Shown: positions 18,248 to 27,927 of the stretch, piece after piece
How positions within the stretch are numbered: position 1 is the first letter of the stretch
How the letters are laid out: each line of letters opens with the position of its first letter
Origin: Methanosarcinales archaeon
Lineage (GTDB): Archaea; Halobacteriota; Syntropharchaeia; Alkanophagales; Methanospirareceae
Direction of reading: 5' to 3'
Length of the DNA stretch: 64,000 nt
NCBI GenBank assembly: GCA_030611585.1
Contig: JAUWPM010000001.1
Coordinates: 1,715-65,714, forward strand
The notes under the pieces: model-generated
Database searches by the model: none
Seen by the model: only the letters and a program-made list of their open reading frames with translations
Told to the model about the DNA's origin: nothing
Position numbers and translations under genes: made by a program

Positions 18248-19492
18248 TCACCCGGGAACGCCCTCAGCGACACTTCGATTATTCTCGGCGAACTTTACCA
18301 ATTCGTTTCTGAGCGCGCTCAAACCAGAACTGCGAAGGAAACAGCAGGGCTTGTCCCGCAACTTGCACACCTTTTTAACCAATTGGCAAGCGTTGTGACT
18401 GTTTATATCCACGGGGCAGAATACCACGTCGTTTCCGTCAATGAGACTTGCTATCGCGCTTTTGCCGCGCTCGCAATGCCCGCAGTGGTAACAGAATTGG
18501 CAGCCAAATGATTCCGCCAGATCCTTGTAAGACGACTCAAGCGACTCCACACCGCCAACGTACGCTACCCGCATACCTTCGAGCTGAGATTCTTCCTGAT
18601 GATCCCCGTTATCGAAACTGTCACGGTTACGGCTACAAGCAGAAGCTGCGAACTTGTCCTCCACGCTGGACGTGGACAGTTTGACTAATTCAGTATTCTC
18701 TTTATTCAGTCTTTTCAGTTCTTCTCGCAAAAACGCAAGTTCCTTTTTCCTGCCTTCAATATCTTCGTAAGCCGCTTCTCCACCGGTTCCCTCTATCATT
18801 CTCTTCAATCGCTCATTCAACCGTCTCTGCTCTTCCAATTCGCGAGCAAACCTACTTTTAGCCTCTTTTATCGTTTCACGCTCGGAAATCAAATCGTCCC
18901 TCTTCTGTTCCAACCTCACACATCTGCGTTGAAGCTTTTCATTCGATTCTAAAGCTTCTCTTAACTCGTCCATCACCGCTTCCACGTTTCCGTCGGGCGA
19001 TTTACGGGAAAGTGCATCGTAAACTCGCAACGCCTGATGCTCCTTCATGTGTACGGCAGCGAATATCCTCGTCTCGATCTCTTTATCGTAACTCCCATTA
19101 CGTGCTGCGAACCAGATAAGAGCAGCGATCGGGACGTCTCTCAGGGTGGTTTCTGCCCCGTCGTTGCCTTCGATGAACGCACCTATTTTCTGTGGGTCTA
19201 AAATTCCCGCTCTTTTCTTATACGTTGCAAATTGACTATCCAGCAGCTTTTCCACGCGCTTGGCGTATTGATTCTGCGTCCTGCACAGCTCAGCAAGCTG
19301 CTGGTGCATTTCAAACGCTGCTAAGAGCTGATTCCCATGGCTGAGCTTTAAATCCTTAAAAATCCTACTCAGAGCCTTTTCGTCGAAACTCAATCCCAGG
19401 AGTCTACAAATGGTGAAAGGCTGAAACTCCCAGATCCTTCTCTTACCATTTCCGCGTCCATTCCCATTTTTCCTTCCTTTTTCTTCTGCCAT
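18248..19492 (-). CDS. coiled-coil protein with C-terminal Cys-rich DUF2325-like domain
   Basis: Central heptad-rich region (LQRRCVRLEQKRDDLISERETIKEAK...) and C-terminal VAYVGG...CQFCYHCGHC...VVFCPVDINSHNACQLVKKVCK. Confidence 0.45.
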   Translation of the reverse strand: MAEEKGRKNGNGRGNGKRRIWEFQPFTICRLLGLSFDEKALSRIFKDLKLSHGNQLLAAFEMHQQLAELCRTQNQYAKRVEKLLDSQFATYKKRAGILDPQKIGAFIEGNDGAETTLRDVPIAALIWFAARNGSYDKEIETRIFAAVHMKEHQALRVYDALSRKSPDGNVEAVMDELREALESNEKLQRRCVRLEQKRDDLISERETIKEAKSRFARELEEQRRLNERLKRMIEGTGGEAAYEDIEGRKKELAFLREELKRLNKENTELVKLSTSSVEDKFAASACSRNRDSFDNGDHQEESQLEGMRVAYVGGVESLESSYKDLAESFGCQFCYHCGHCERGKSAIASLIDGNDVVFCPVDINSHNACQLVKKVCKLRDKPCCFLRSSGLSALRNELVKFAENNRSVAEGVPG

Positions 19493-19825
19493 TCTTTATC
19501 ACTCTACCTCCGTTTGTGTTACGTACGGTACGGCTACGAAGCCCGATAAAGCGAATACCCGTCAATAAACCACGAGCCAAACTCTCGTTTTATCGCTTCA
19601 AACCGTTCGTCTATTCCTGCTTCTTCCATTTCAGACTTAGACAAGGACACATTCTGAAGTAGCCGCATCAGCTCCTTCGTCAATCGCGTTAGTTCTATCT
19701 CGTCCATCCATAATCCCCCATCTTGTTTAGGCTGCCCTAACTATTCGTAATATTGTTGTTAGGCACATAAATAAGCCGCCCTAAAAAGGTTCGATTTTGC
19801 TAAAAGAACCTAAACAAGTTCGGGT

Positions 19826-20302
19826 TTAGCGGAAAATCCTATGCTCTTTTGCTTCTCGCTTCTTCGCTTCACAGGGATGCACCCCCGTCTCACAGAATAT
19901 CTCAAAGTGTTCCAGCCACTGCGGGTAATCCGGCGCGGACTGGACGAACTGCACTAAGCTTTTCAACTGCCCTATCGTCTCCGGCTCCACTTCGTGCTCG
20001 ATGATGCACGCGTCTTTATTCGCTATCTTCTTCGGCACATTTATTATCTCCAAAAACGTTCTTATCGTCTCGTGGCGGTCTTTAACGACACGTGCTACAT
20101 CTCGCCCTTTTGGGGTTAATTTCACTCCCTCGTATTTCCGGTATTCGACAAGACCCATGTCGTTCAGTCTCTTCAACATCTCCACAACGCTGGGAGGTTT
20201 TATACCCAAAGCCAATGCAATATCCTTCGTCCTCGTGTGCCCCCTCCGTTCCGCGATGTTCAGAATCGCCTCGAGATAGTCCTCCACTTTTCTGCTTAGC
20301 AT
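19826..20302 (-). CDS. DtxR/MntR-family metal-dependent transcriptional repressor
   Basis: N-terminal wHTH (VEDYLEAILNIAERRGHTRTKDIALALGIKPPSVVEMLKRL) and dimerisation/metal-binding domain (HETIRTFL...EHEVEPE). Confidence 0.8.
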   Translation of the reverse strand: MLSRKVEDYLEAILNIAERRGHTRTKDIALALGIKPPSVVEMLKRLNDMGLVEYRKYEGVKLTPKGRDVARVVKDRHETIRTFLEIINVPKKIANKDACIIEHEVEPETIGQLKSLVQFVQSAPDYPQWLEHFEIFCETGVHPCEAKKREAKEHRIFR

Positions 20303-20432
20303 ACTACAACATTATTAGGGAGCCCTATATTTAAATGATTTCGTATTTTAATTTCGCTATCCTCTACTTTACTATACTTATACTGCCGTACCAATGTTAG
20401 CCATATAGTTTGGAATAGTTGAGGAGGTATTT

Positions 20433-21527
20433 ATGCAGATGAATGAGAAGACGATATGTTTCGACCTCGAAGGGCCGTTATCGCCGCAAGATAACGCTTA
20501 CGAAGTGATGAAGCTCATGGGAGAAGAAGGCGCAGCTATTTTCGAGGTTATCAGCCGGTATGATGACCTTATCTCGCTTGAGGGACGAGAAGGCTACGAG
20601 CCTGGAGATACGCTTGCCTTAATCGTGCCCTTCTTTCTGTTGCATGATATAACCGAAGACGATATAAGGGCGGTTTCAGCGCGTGCAAAGATAGTAGAAG
20701 GTGCCGAATACCTGTTTAAGAAGTTACAGGCTGAAAATTGGGATATTTATATTATATCCACGAGTTACGAGCAGCACGCTCACAATATTGGTCGCCGACT
20801 GGGCGTCCCGGAGGATCATATCAGGTGCACAAAGCTGGATTTGACCAAAAGGAAGCAGAGGTTACAAGAATCTGTCTTTCCCGTATTAGAAAACGCGCAA
20901 GAGGAGATACTCATGCTTTATTCAGACCTTGATAGTGACAGCACGGATCGCATAGTGAATCGTCTGGATGAACTCTTTTTCCAGCAGCTTCCTGAGTTGG
21001 GCGTTGACGTCTTTTCGACACGGGTGATTGGTGGTGAAAGAAAAGCAGAAGCAATACGAGAGATCGCACACGAAAAGGGGATTGCGTTACGAGACGTCAT
21101 TGCGGTTGGCGACAGCATTACGGATTATAAGATGCTGAACGAGGTCGCAACGCACGATGGCGTAGCGGTCGTTTTTAATGGTAACGAGTATGCAGTTCCG
21201 TACGCCAACGTAGGGCTGGCATCGGGGGATATTCGGTTTCTTTATTTAGTATGCGAAGCGTTTGAGCGAGGCGGGAAAGATGCGGCAATGGACCGGGTGA
21301 CGAAATGGGAGAATAACCGGGGGGAGTTTGAAGAGAACCCCGTGAATATCCCTGATAGCGCTATTACGGCGGACATAAAGGATTTTGTAACGACCAAAAA
21401 GGGAGAGACGCCGTTTCCTTATTTCCATAATCTCGAACGCGCGGACGAAAGAACGAAAGAAGAGATAATAACAATACATAAGCAAGTCAGAATGTTGGTG
21501 CGAGAAGACGCGGGTAAGCTGGGATAA
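20433..21527 (+). CDS. HAD-superfamily-like hydrolase (hypothetical)
   Basis: ICFDLEGPL (motif I-like) and VIAVGDSITDYKML (motif IV-like). 364 aa. Confidence 0.4.
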   Translation: MQMNEKTICFDLEGPLSPQDNAYEVMKLMGEEGAAIFEVISRYDDLISLEGREGYEPGDTLALIVPFFLLHDITEDDIRAVSARAKIVEGAEYLFKKLQAENWDIYIISTSYEQHAHNIGRRLGVPEDHIRCTKLDLTKRKQRLQESVFPVLENAQEEILMLYSDLDSDSTDRIVNRLDELFFQQLPELGVDVFSTRVIGGERKAEAIREIAHEKGIALRDVIAVGDSITDYKMLNEVATHDGVAVVFNGNEYAVPYANVGLASGDIRFLYLVCEAFERGGKDAAMDRVTKWENNRGEFEENPVNIPDSAITADIKDFVTTKKGETPFPYFHNLERADERTKEEIITIHKQVRMLVREDAGKLG

Positions 21528-21661
21528 AATCGCATGGCTGCGTTCCAACGTAAAAAAGACAGCTAAAAGCCCTATTTTGTGTTTAGTGCTTAGAACTTGA
21601 CTTTTGATGCGCTATTTACACCACTAAGGGTATATAAAGTGGCAGGGATTATTATCGTATT

Positions 21662-22081
21662 ATGCAAGAAGAAGGAGAGACGGTAGAGATAGAAGGGAAG
21701 ACTGCCGAGGATTTGCTGCTTGTCGGGGAGGAATATCTTGCGGAAGGGAGATTTGAGGATGCAATAAATGTTTACAAAGAGATCGTAAAGAAAGAGCCGA
21801 GGCTACCTACAACGGCTAAGGCTTGTAATGATTGTGGCGTTGCGTACGCGAGCTTAGAGCAGTACGAGATGGCAATAGGGTTTTTTAATGCCGCACTGAA
21901 TCTCAAGCAGTATCTCATGGACGAGGGGATTTCGACTTATTACAATCTTGGGCAGGTTTACAAGATCGCGGGAGATGATGAGAAAGCAAAGGAGTGTTTC
22001 AAGCGTGGGGATACGTTAAAGCAGGAACATAAACGCCGTGATGAAGAGGCAAGACGCACATTCTCATCGTTTAGTGAGTGA
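21662..22081 (+). CDS. TPR-repeat protein
   Basis: About three TPR units (AINVYKEIV..., YEMAIGFFNAALNL..., YYNLGQVYKIAGDDEKAKECF). Confidence 0.6.
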   Translation: MQEEGETVEIEGKTAEDLLLVGEEYLAEGRFEDAINVYKEIVKKEPRLPTTAKACNDCGVAYASLEQYEMAIGFFNAALNLKQYLMDEGISTYYNLGQVYKIAGDDEKAKECFKRGDTLKQEHKRRDEEARRTFSSFSE

Positions 22082-22167
22082 CGCTTCAGCTCTGATCTGA
22101 CCGAACTAAAAATCACAATTTCGCAATTTTGATTTCTTGTTGTATATAAATATAACTGCCACAATTC

Positions 22168-22345
22168 TCTTTAAGACACAGATTAACACACAACTTTTTT
22201 ACCTTCGGTAAAAACCTTGACTAAAATATTCCTGATGTTTTTCTTTTAGCACAGGTTTTCTTTTTGACATTGCCGAAGGCAATGGAATGGCTTCGCCGTT
22301 CAAAAAAAGAAAAAGTGTTGTGTCAACGATTTAGGTTTTCTCGCT
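22168..22345. repeat. MITE-like dispersed repeat (family B)
   Basis: Near-identical (a few SNPs) to 11046-11222. Confidence 0.85.
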
Positions 22346-22398
22346 TACGCAATACGAAAACTTTTTTATTGACGTAGCGATATTAAAGAAGGATATAG

Positions 22399-23523
22399 GT
22401 GAAGAAAATGGAGAAAATAACCGTAAGTTTGATAAAAGCGGATGTAGGCGGATTTCCTGGGCATTCGACCGTTCACCCGGACTTGAAGGAGAAAGCGACG
22501 GAGTGGATGGAAAAGGCGAAAAAAGATGGGTTGCTCGTGGACTACCATGTTTTAAATGCGGGTGATGATTTAGAGCTGCTGATGAGCCATCGTAAAGGCG
22601 TTGATTCTGAGGAGATACACGGATTGGCGTGGGAAACGTTTGAAGCGGCAACCGAAGTGGCGAAAGAACTCAAGTTGCACGGTGCGGGTCAGGATTTGCT
22701 CGTGGATGCGTTCAGCGGGAACATAAGGGGTATGGGACCGGGAATAGCGGAGATGGAATTTACGGAACGCGGGTCAGAGCCGTTAGTGGCGTTTATGATG
22801 GATAAGACAGAGCCGGGCGCGTTTAATTTCCCGATATACAAGATATTTGCAGACCCGTTCAATACCGCGGGACTTGTCGTAGATCCGACGATGCACGACG
22901 GATACGTGTTTGAAGTTTGGGACATAAAAGAGAAGAAGAAAGTGTTTTTAAAGTGCCCGGAAGAGATGTACGCGCTGCTCGCTCTGATCGGGGCGAAGAG
23001 CAAGTACGTAATAAAGCGGGTGTTTCCGAAGGATACGAGTCCACTGCCGAAGGAGGAGCCGGTGGCAGTGATAAGTACGGAGAAGTTGTTCTTCACCGCG
23101 GGTAAGTACGTGGGCAAGGACGACCCCGTGGCTTTGGTGCGATCGCAATCGGGCTTGCCAGCGTTGGGCGAGGTTATAGAGCCTTTTGCGCTGCCTTATC
23201 TCGTCAGCGGCTGGATGCGCGGCTCGCATAACGGCCCGATAATGCCCGTTCCTTTTAGATATTCGCAATGCACACGGTTCGACGGCCCGCCGAGAGTGAT
23301 CGCGGCTGGATTCCAGATAAGTCATGGCAGATTGGTGGGGACTGCGGATTTGTTCGACGATCCCGCTTACGATCTTGCGAGGAAGAAGGCAGGGGAGATC
23401 GCGGATTACATGAGAGCGCACGGACCTTTCGAGCCGCATAGACTGCCCGTAGAGGAGATGGAATACACAACATTGCCGAATGTGTTAAAGAAGCTTGAAG
23501 GACGGTTTGAGAAGACCGAGTAG
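22399..23523 (+). CDS. fbp: fructose-1,6-bisphosphate aldolase/phosphatase (class V FBPase)
   Basis: Hallmark N-terminus ITVSLIKADVGGFPGHSTVHP. 374 aa. Confidence 0.9.
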   Translation: MKKMEKITVSLIKADVGGFPGHSTVHPDLKEKATEWMEKAKKDGLLVDYHVLNAGDDLELLMSHRKGVDSEEIHGLAWETFEAATEVAKELKLHGAGQDLLVDAFSGNIRGMGPGIAEMEFTERGSEPLVAFMMDKTEPGAFNFPIYKIFADPFNTAGLVVDPTMHDGYVFEVWDIKEKKKVFLKCPEEMYALLALIGAKSKYVIKRVFPKDTSPLPKEEPVAVISTEKLFFTAGKYVGKDDPVALVRSQSGLPALGEVIEPFALPYLVSGWMRGSHNGPIMPVPFRYSQCTRFDGPPRVIAAGFQISHGRLVGTADLFDDPAYDLARKKAGEIADYMRAHGPFEPHRLPVEEMEYTTLPNVLKKLEGRFEKTE

Positions 23524-23589
23524 AACCTTTCTAAAGAAAGGTTACGCAGTTGTTGAGGTGTACAAACAATCTAAATCACCGATTAAGGG

Positions 23590-24564
23590 ATGTTGGGTCA
23601 GATGATAAAACGTATTGGCGTGTTAACCAGTGGTGGCGATGCCCCGGGAATGAATGCGGCGATTCGCAGTGTGGTACGGTACGGAGTGCATCATAAATTA
23701 GAGGTAATCGGGATATTTCGCGGCTATGCGGGTTTGATAAACGGAGATTTGAAACCTTTAGACCACCGTTCGGTTTCCGGGATCATAAACAGAGGGGGGA
23801 CGATCTTAGAGACCGCCCGCTGCGATGAGTTTTTAACTGAATCGGGACAGCTTAAGGCGGTAGAGGTATTAAAGCGGAATAAAATTGACGCTTTAGTGGT
23901 CATCGGAGGCGATGGTACTTATCGTGGTGCGATTCAGCTCTGGGATAAGTGGCATATCCCCTGTGTCGGTGTACCAGCAACGATTGACAACGACCTTAAT
24001 GGCACTGACATTACCATTGGTGCGGATACTGCGATAAATACTGCCTTAGAGGCAATTGATAAGATTCGGGATACCGCTACGAGTATGAAGCGGATTTTTG
24101 TGGTTGAAGTAATGGGGCGGGATAGCGGATTTATTGCTGTTAACGTCGCTTTAGCTGGAGGGGCTGAGGAGGTGTTGATTCCGGAATCAAGCTACGATGT
24201 GGGAGAGATGTGTCAGGATATTGTCGAGGGAAATCGAAAAGGTAAGAATAGCTGGATTATTGTCGTTGCCGAGGGAGCTGCGAAGGCAGACAAGGTTGCG
24301 GAGAAGATTACCGAGATGACGGGGTTAGAGACAAGAGTAACTGTATTGGGACACATCCAGAGAGGAGGCGCTCCTACGGCTCGGGATCGTATATTGGCTA
24401 CCCGGTTGGGTGCAACGGCGGTAAATTTAATTTTGAATAATGAGTTTGGAAAGGCGGTGGGAGTGCAGGATGGCAGGATAAATGCAGTGGATTTACATCG
24501 CGCGGTCGAGGAAAAGGAGACGGTGGTAGATCCTTTTTATCGCCTGATAAGGATTTTAACTTGA
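23590..24564 (+). CDS. pfkA: ATP-dependent 6-phosphofructokinase
   Basis: IGVLTSGGDAPGMNAAIR, GGDGTYRGA and the MGRDSG/GHIQRGG motifs. Confidence 0.85.
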   Translation: MLGQMIKRIGVLTSGGDAPGMNAAIRSVVRYGVHHKLEVIGIFRGYAGLINGDLKPLDHRSVSGIINRGGTILETARCDEFLTESGQLKAVEVLKRNKIDALVVIGGDGTYRGAIQLWDKWHIPCVGVPATIDNDLNGTDITIGADTAINTALEAIDKIRDTATSMKRIFVVEVMGRDSGFIAVNVALAGGAEEVLIPESSYDVGEMCQDIVEGNRKGKNSWIIVVAEGAAKADKVAEKITEMTGLETRVTVLGHIQRGGAPTARDRILATRLGATAVNLILNNEFGKAVGVQDGRINAVDLHRAVEEKETVVDPFYRLIRILT

Positions 24565-24579
24565 ACTTAATCGGTTACA

Positions 24580-25845
24580 ATGAACGAAGAAGGAACTGAC
24601 GTTGACGAATTGGTATCGGAATTGGTATTAAACGATGCCTTAGCCTTAGAAGTGAAATCAGAGATATTCAATAAGATTTTACAACGGGCAGAAGAAAGAG
24701 GTATTTCTCTCGCTTCTATTCATCCTTTTTACCGTGCACGGGGCAGAGGCGAATTTGGCGGGTTCACGGTGCCCGCAATAAATTTGAGGACGCTTACGTA
24801 CGATTTAGCGAGAGTGATTTTTCGGGTTGCCAAACGGAACCACGCAGGGGCATTTATATTCGAGATTGCACGGAGTGAAATCGGCTATACCGCACAGCGT
24901 CCTATCGAATATGCCGGAGTTTGCTTAGCTGCGGCTATAAAGGAGGAGTGGCACGGTGCAGTATTTATTCAAGGGGATCACTTCCAGGTTAACGCGACGA
25001 AATATCTTCAGAACCCTCAGGAAGAGGTAGAGCTTTTAAACAGTCTTATTCGTGAGGCTTTGGCTGCCGGGTTTTATAATATTGACATTGATAGCTCAAC
25101 CTTAGTGGATTTGAGTAAGCGGGGAATTAAAGAGCAGCAAAGGCTAAATTTTAGCGTTTGTGCAGCATTTACCAGGTTCATCCGGGCGCATCAACCGAAA
25201 GGAGTAGAGGTTTCTATCGGTGGCGAAATAGGTGAAATAGGCAGGAAGAACAGTACAGCCGAAGAATTAGAGGCGTTTATGGTAGGCTACCAGGAAGAAT
25301 TGGGCTCGTCCTTAGAGGGAATAAGTAAAATAAGCGTGCAGACCGGGACTTCACACGGCGGGGTGGTCTTACCGGATGGCAGTATTGCCAGAGTAAAGCT
25401 GGACTTTGACACTTTGAAGACTCTTTCGCGGTTAGCCCGTGAGAAATTCGCGTTAGCAGGCGCGGTGCAGCACGGAGCTTCCACGTTGCCAGAAGCGGCA
25501 TTCCATAAGTTTCCGGAAGTGGAAACGGCAGAGATACACTTAGCTACTCAGTTCCAAAATATGGTTTACGAAAGCGAGTATTTCCCTGACGAGTTGAGGA
25601 AGAGGATGTATGCGTGGCTAAAAGAGAATCACCGCACTGAATGGGAAGAGGGAGAGACGGAAGAGCAGTTCATTTATAAGACACGCAAAAGAGCTTTAGG
25701 TCAGTTTAAAAATGAGATTATGGGGCTCAAGCCGGAGATAAGAGCGGCGATTGCGGCTGAGGTGGAGGGTAAAATTGCGTTTCTTTTTAGGGAGTTGAAT
25801 TTAGCAAATACGCTGCCTTTAATTGATCGGTACGTAAGCAGGTAA
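24580..25845 (+). CDS. class II aldolase-family protein (GatZ/KbaZ-like, about 420 aa)
   Basis: TIM-barrel class II aldolase-like signature (...VFIQGDHFQVN...; ISVQTGTSHGG). Its length fits the tagatose-bisphosphate aldolase accessory/kinase family. Confidence 0.5.
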   Translation: MNEEGTDVDELVSELVLNDALALEVKSEIFNKILQRAEERGISLASIHPFYRARGRGEFGGFTVPAINLRTLTYDLARVIFRVAKRNHAGAFIFEIARSEIGYTAQRPIEYAGVCLAAAIKEEWHGAVFIQGDHFQVNATKYLQNPQEEVELLNSLIREALAAGFYNIDIDSSTLVDLSKRGIKEQQRLNFSVCAAFTRFIRAHQPKGVEVSIGGEIGEIGRKNSTAEELEAFMVGYQEELGSSLEGISKISVQTGTSHGGVVLPDGSIARVKLDFDTLKTLSRLAREKFALAGAVQHGASTLPEAAFHKFPEVETAEIHLATQFQNMVYESEYFPDELRKRMYAWLKENHRTEWEEGETEEQFIYKTRKRALGQFKNEIMGLKPEIRAAIAAEVEGKIAFLFRELNLANTLPLIDRYVSR

Positions 25846-25861
25846 AGAACAAGAAAATAAA

Positions 25862-25965
25862 TTATTTATAGACACAGATTGACACAGATGATAAAAATCA
25901 ACACGGTTAAACTAAAATAAATCCGCGTAAATCAGTGTTAATCTGCGTCTTAAAGAGAAGGAAGT
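25862..25965. repeat. MITE-like dispersed repeat (family A, inverted orientation, short)
   Basis: ...gtgttaatctgcgtcttaaagag is the reverse complement of the ctctttaagacgcagattaacac terminus. Confidence 0.7.
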
Positions 25966-25988
25966 TATACTTCATATACAACGAGAAA

Positions 25989-26876
25989 ATGGAAATCGAG
26001 GACACCTACTGCGAGGCATTTGATGGTTTATTCACAAGGATATGTGTAACCGGGAGTGATGAGAAGAGATTGAAACAGGCGGCTTACAACGCTACGGCAC
26101 TGCCCTGCACGGTCTTTGGCGAATCCGAAGGGGGAATAGAGAAGTGGTTGAATGAGCACGAAACGCCAGACGGGAGGAAAGGGGCTGTAATTCAAATCTG
26201 GGTGAATTACGGTGAGGACGCTCCTGAAAAGCTGGAATACGAAGCATCGAAACGAATACGGCAGGGGATACTGGTTGTGCCCACGACTTCGGTCTTCAAC
26301 GCGATTGATTCGCCTGATGACAAGATTGACGTTGTGGACAGGATAGGGCATTGCGGCGATGGCTACGAGACAATTGAGCAGCGGTTCGGACGTGAAGTGG
26401 TCGTGGTGCCGATAATGATGGGCGAATTTCTCGTGGAACACTATTTGGGTTACCAGAAGGGCGTGATGGGTGGAAACGTCTGGTTCTTCTGCAAAAGTAT
26501 AGAAGCATCATTAGAAGCGGGAGAGATGGCGCTCGCAGCAATAAACAGCGTAGAAGGTGCGATTACTCCTTTTGATATTTGCTCTGCGGGCTCCAAGCCG
26601 GAAACGAACTATCCTGAGATCGGTCCTACGACGAACCACCCGTATTGCCCGACGTTAAGGCAGAAACTAAGTGGGTCGAATGTTCCAGACGGTGTACAGA
26701 GCATTCCGGAAATCGTTATTAATGGGGTGTCGCTCGACTCGGTAAAAGAGGCGATGAAAGCAGCGATAGAGAGTGTGCGTGGGGTTGATGGCGTGGTAAG
26801 AATCTCAGCAGGTAATTACGGCGGTAAATTGGGGAGCTATAAGATATTTTTGAAGGAGTTGTCACAGAAGAACTAA
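25989..26876 (+). CDS. ftr: formylmethanofuran--tetrahydromethanopterin N-formyltransferase
   Basis: MEIEDTYCEAFDGLFTRICVTG is the canonical Ftr N-terminus. 296 aa from the internal Met; the ORF extends upstream to 25935. Confidence 0.88.
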   Translation: MEIEDTYCEAFDGLFTRICVTGSDEKRLKQAAYNATALPCTVFGESEGGIEKWLNEHETPDGRKGAVIQIWVNYGEDAPEKLEYEASKRIRQGILVVPTTSVFNAIDSPDDKIDVVDRIGHCGDGYETIEQRFGREVVVVPIMMGEFLVEHYLGYQKGVMGGNVWFFCKSIEASLEAGEMALAAINSVEGAITPFDICSAGSKPETNYPEIGPTTNHPYCPTLRQKLSGSNVPDGVQSIPEIVINGVSLDSVKEAMKAAIESVRGVDGVVRISAGNYGGKLGSYKIFLKELSQKN

Positions 26877-27164
26877 ACGAGGTAAAATAAAAAAGTGCGG
26901 AGATTCGTTAAATGAATTGATGAAAGGCAAATGACAATGAAAAAGCCAAATACTACCAAATCCTAAAGGATATAAAGATACCAAAAGATATATCTGTATA
27001 CAACAAGAATAGACTATAATTGGCGAAAGAGATGAAAAAAGTACCCACAGAAGAGGAGATGCTTGAAGCGATAAAGAAAAACCCAAAAATCATGGAGATT
27101 TGGGGTGCGTTGAAAGACATCATTCCAGAGGCAGTGGTTGATGTGAAGGAGCGGAGAAAGCGAC

Positions 27165-27782
27165 ATGAAAGTCTTGGTCATAGCAGAGACTAATTGGATT
27201 GAGGATATTGCATTGGCGCAAGATCTAAGATCCGCATACTTACTCGAACTAAGGGATAAAGGGGAGATTGATATCGCAATTCCTGCCTATTCCTTGCATG
27301 AGGCAGATGGGTCGTTGGATAGAAAAATTACAAAGCGGATTGAAAAGATTGATAACTTCTTACATTTTCTTAGCAAGGTTGCACAAAGTAAACCTCATGA
27401 GAATCTTTGCAGCATCGTAAAGGACGGGTTAAAGGAGCTCAAATCTAAAAGTTTAGAGGAACGGGAGGCGATCAAGCGGGTTTTAAATAAAATCAAAATG
27501 AGCATTGATGTAATCCCTTACACGATGACCGTAGCTCTTAACGCTGATTTGAGGTCGGAATCATCCATAGCGCCATTTAAAGAGGCTGATTGCAGAATTT
27601 ATGAATCTGTTTTGGAATATATTCGAGATAAAGGGTACGACTACGATTTAAAGGTCTTTTATACTGCAGATAGAGAAGATTTTGACAATGAGATGATCTA
27701 TGCAGAATTGGAAGAAATAGATGTGAAATTGTATTTCGATGCAGGAGAGGTTGTTGAGCGTGTTTATGAAGTGGTGGGGTAG
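27165..27782 (+). CDS. hypothetical protein (possible PIN-like domain), preceded by a small overlapping ORF
   Basis: MKVLVIAETNWIEDIA at the N-terminus. A 55-codon ORF (about 27034-27200) overlaps its start. Confidence 0.3.
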   Translation: MKVLVIAETNWIEDIALAQDLRSAYLLELRDKGEIDIAIPAYSLHEADGSLDRKITKRIEKIDNFLHFLSKVAQSKPHENLCSIVKDGLKELKSKSLEEREAIKRVLNKIKMSIDVIPYTMTVALNADLRSESSIAPFKEADCRIYESVLEYIRDKGYDYDLKVFYTADREDFDNEMIYAELEEIDVKLYFDAGEVVERVYEVVG

Positions 27783-27927
27783 GAATGTTAGATAAGTCTA
27801 AATATAGTTTCTTATATCAAAAGTTCTTCATACTCTAAACTTTGCTTTTGCTTTAACATACGCATCACTTTTTTTCAATGCTGTTCTTAACATACAATAG
27901 TTGTTGATAAAAATAGCAAGGATAAAG

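Noticed and set aside
27034-27782. Toxin-antitoxin pair (small ORF overlapping a PIN-like ORF)
   Set aside because: The PIN assignment rests on a single weak N-terminal resemblance and no catalytic acidic tetrad was verified. It is kept only as a low-confidence feature.
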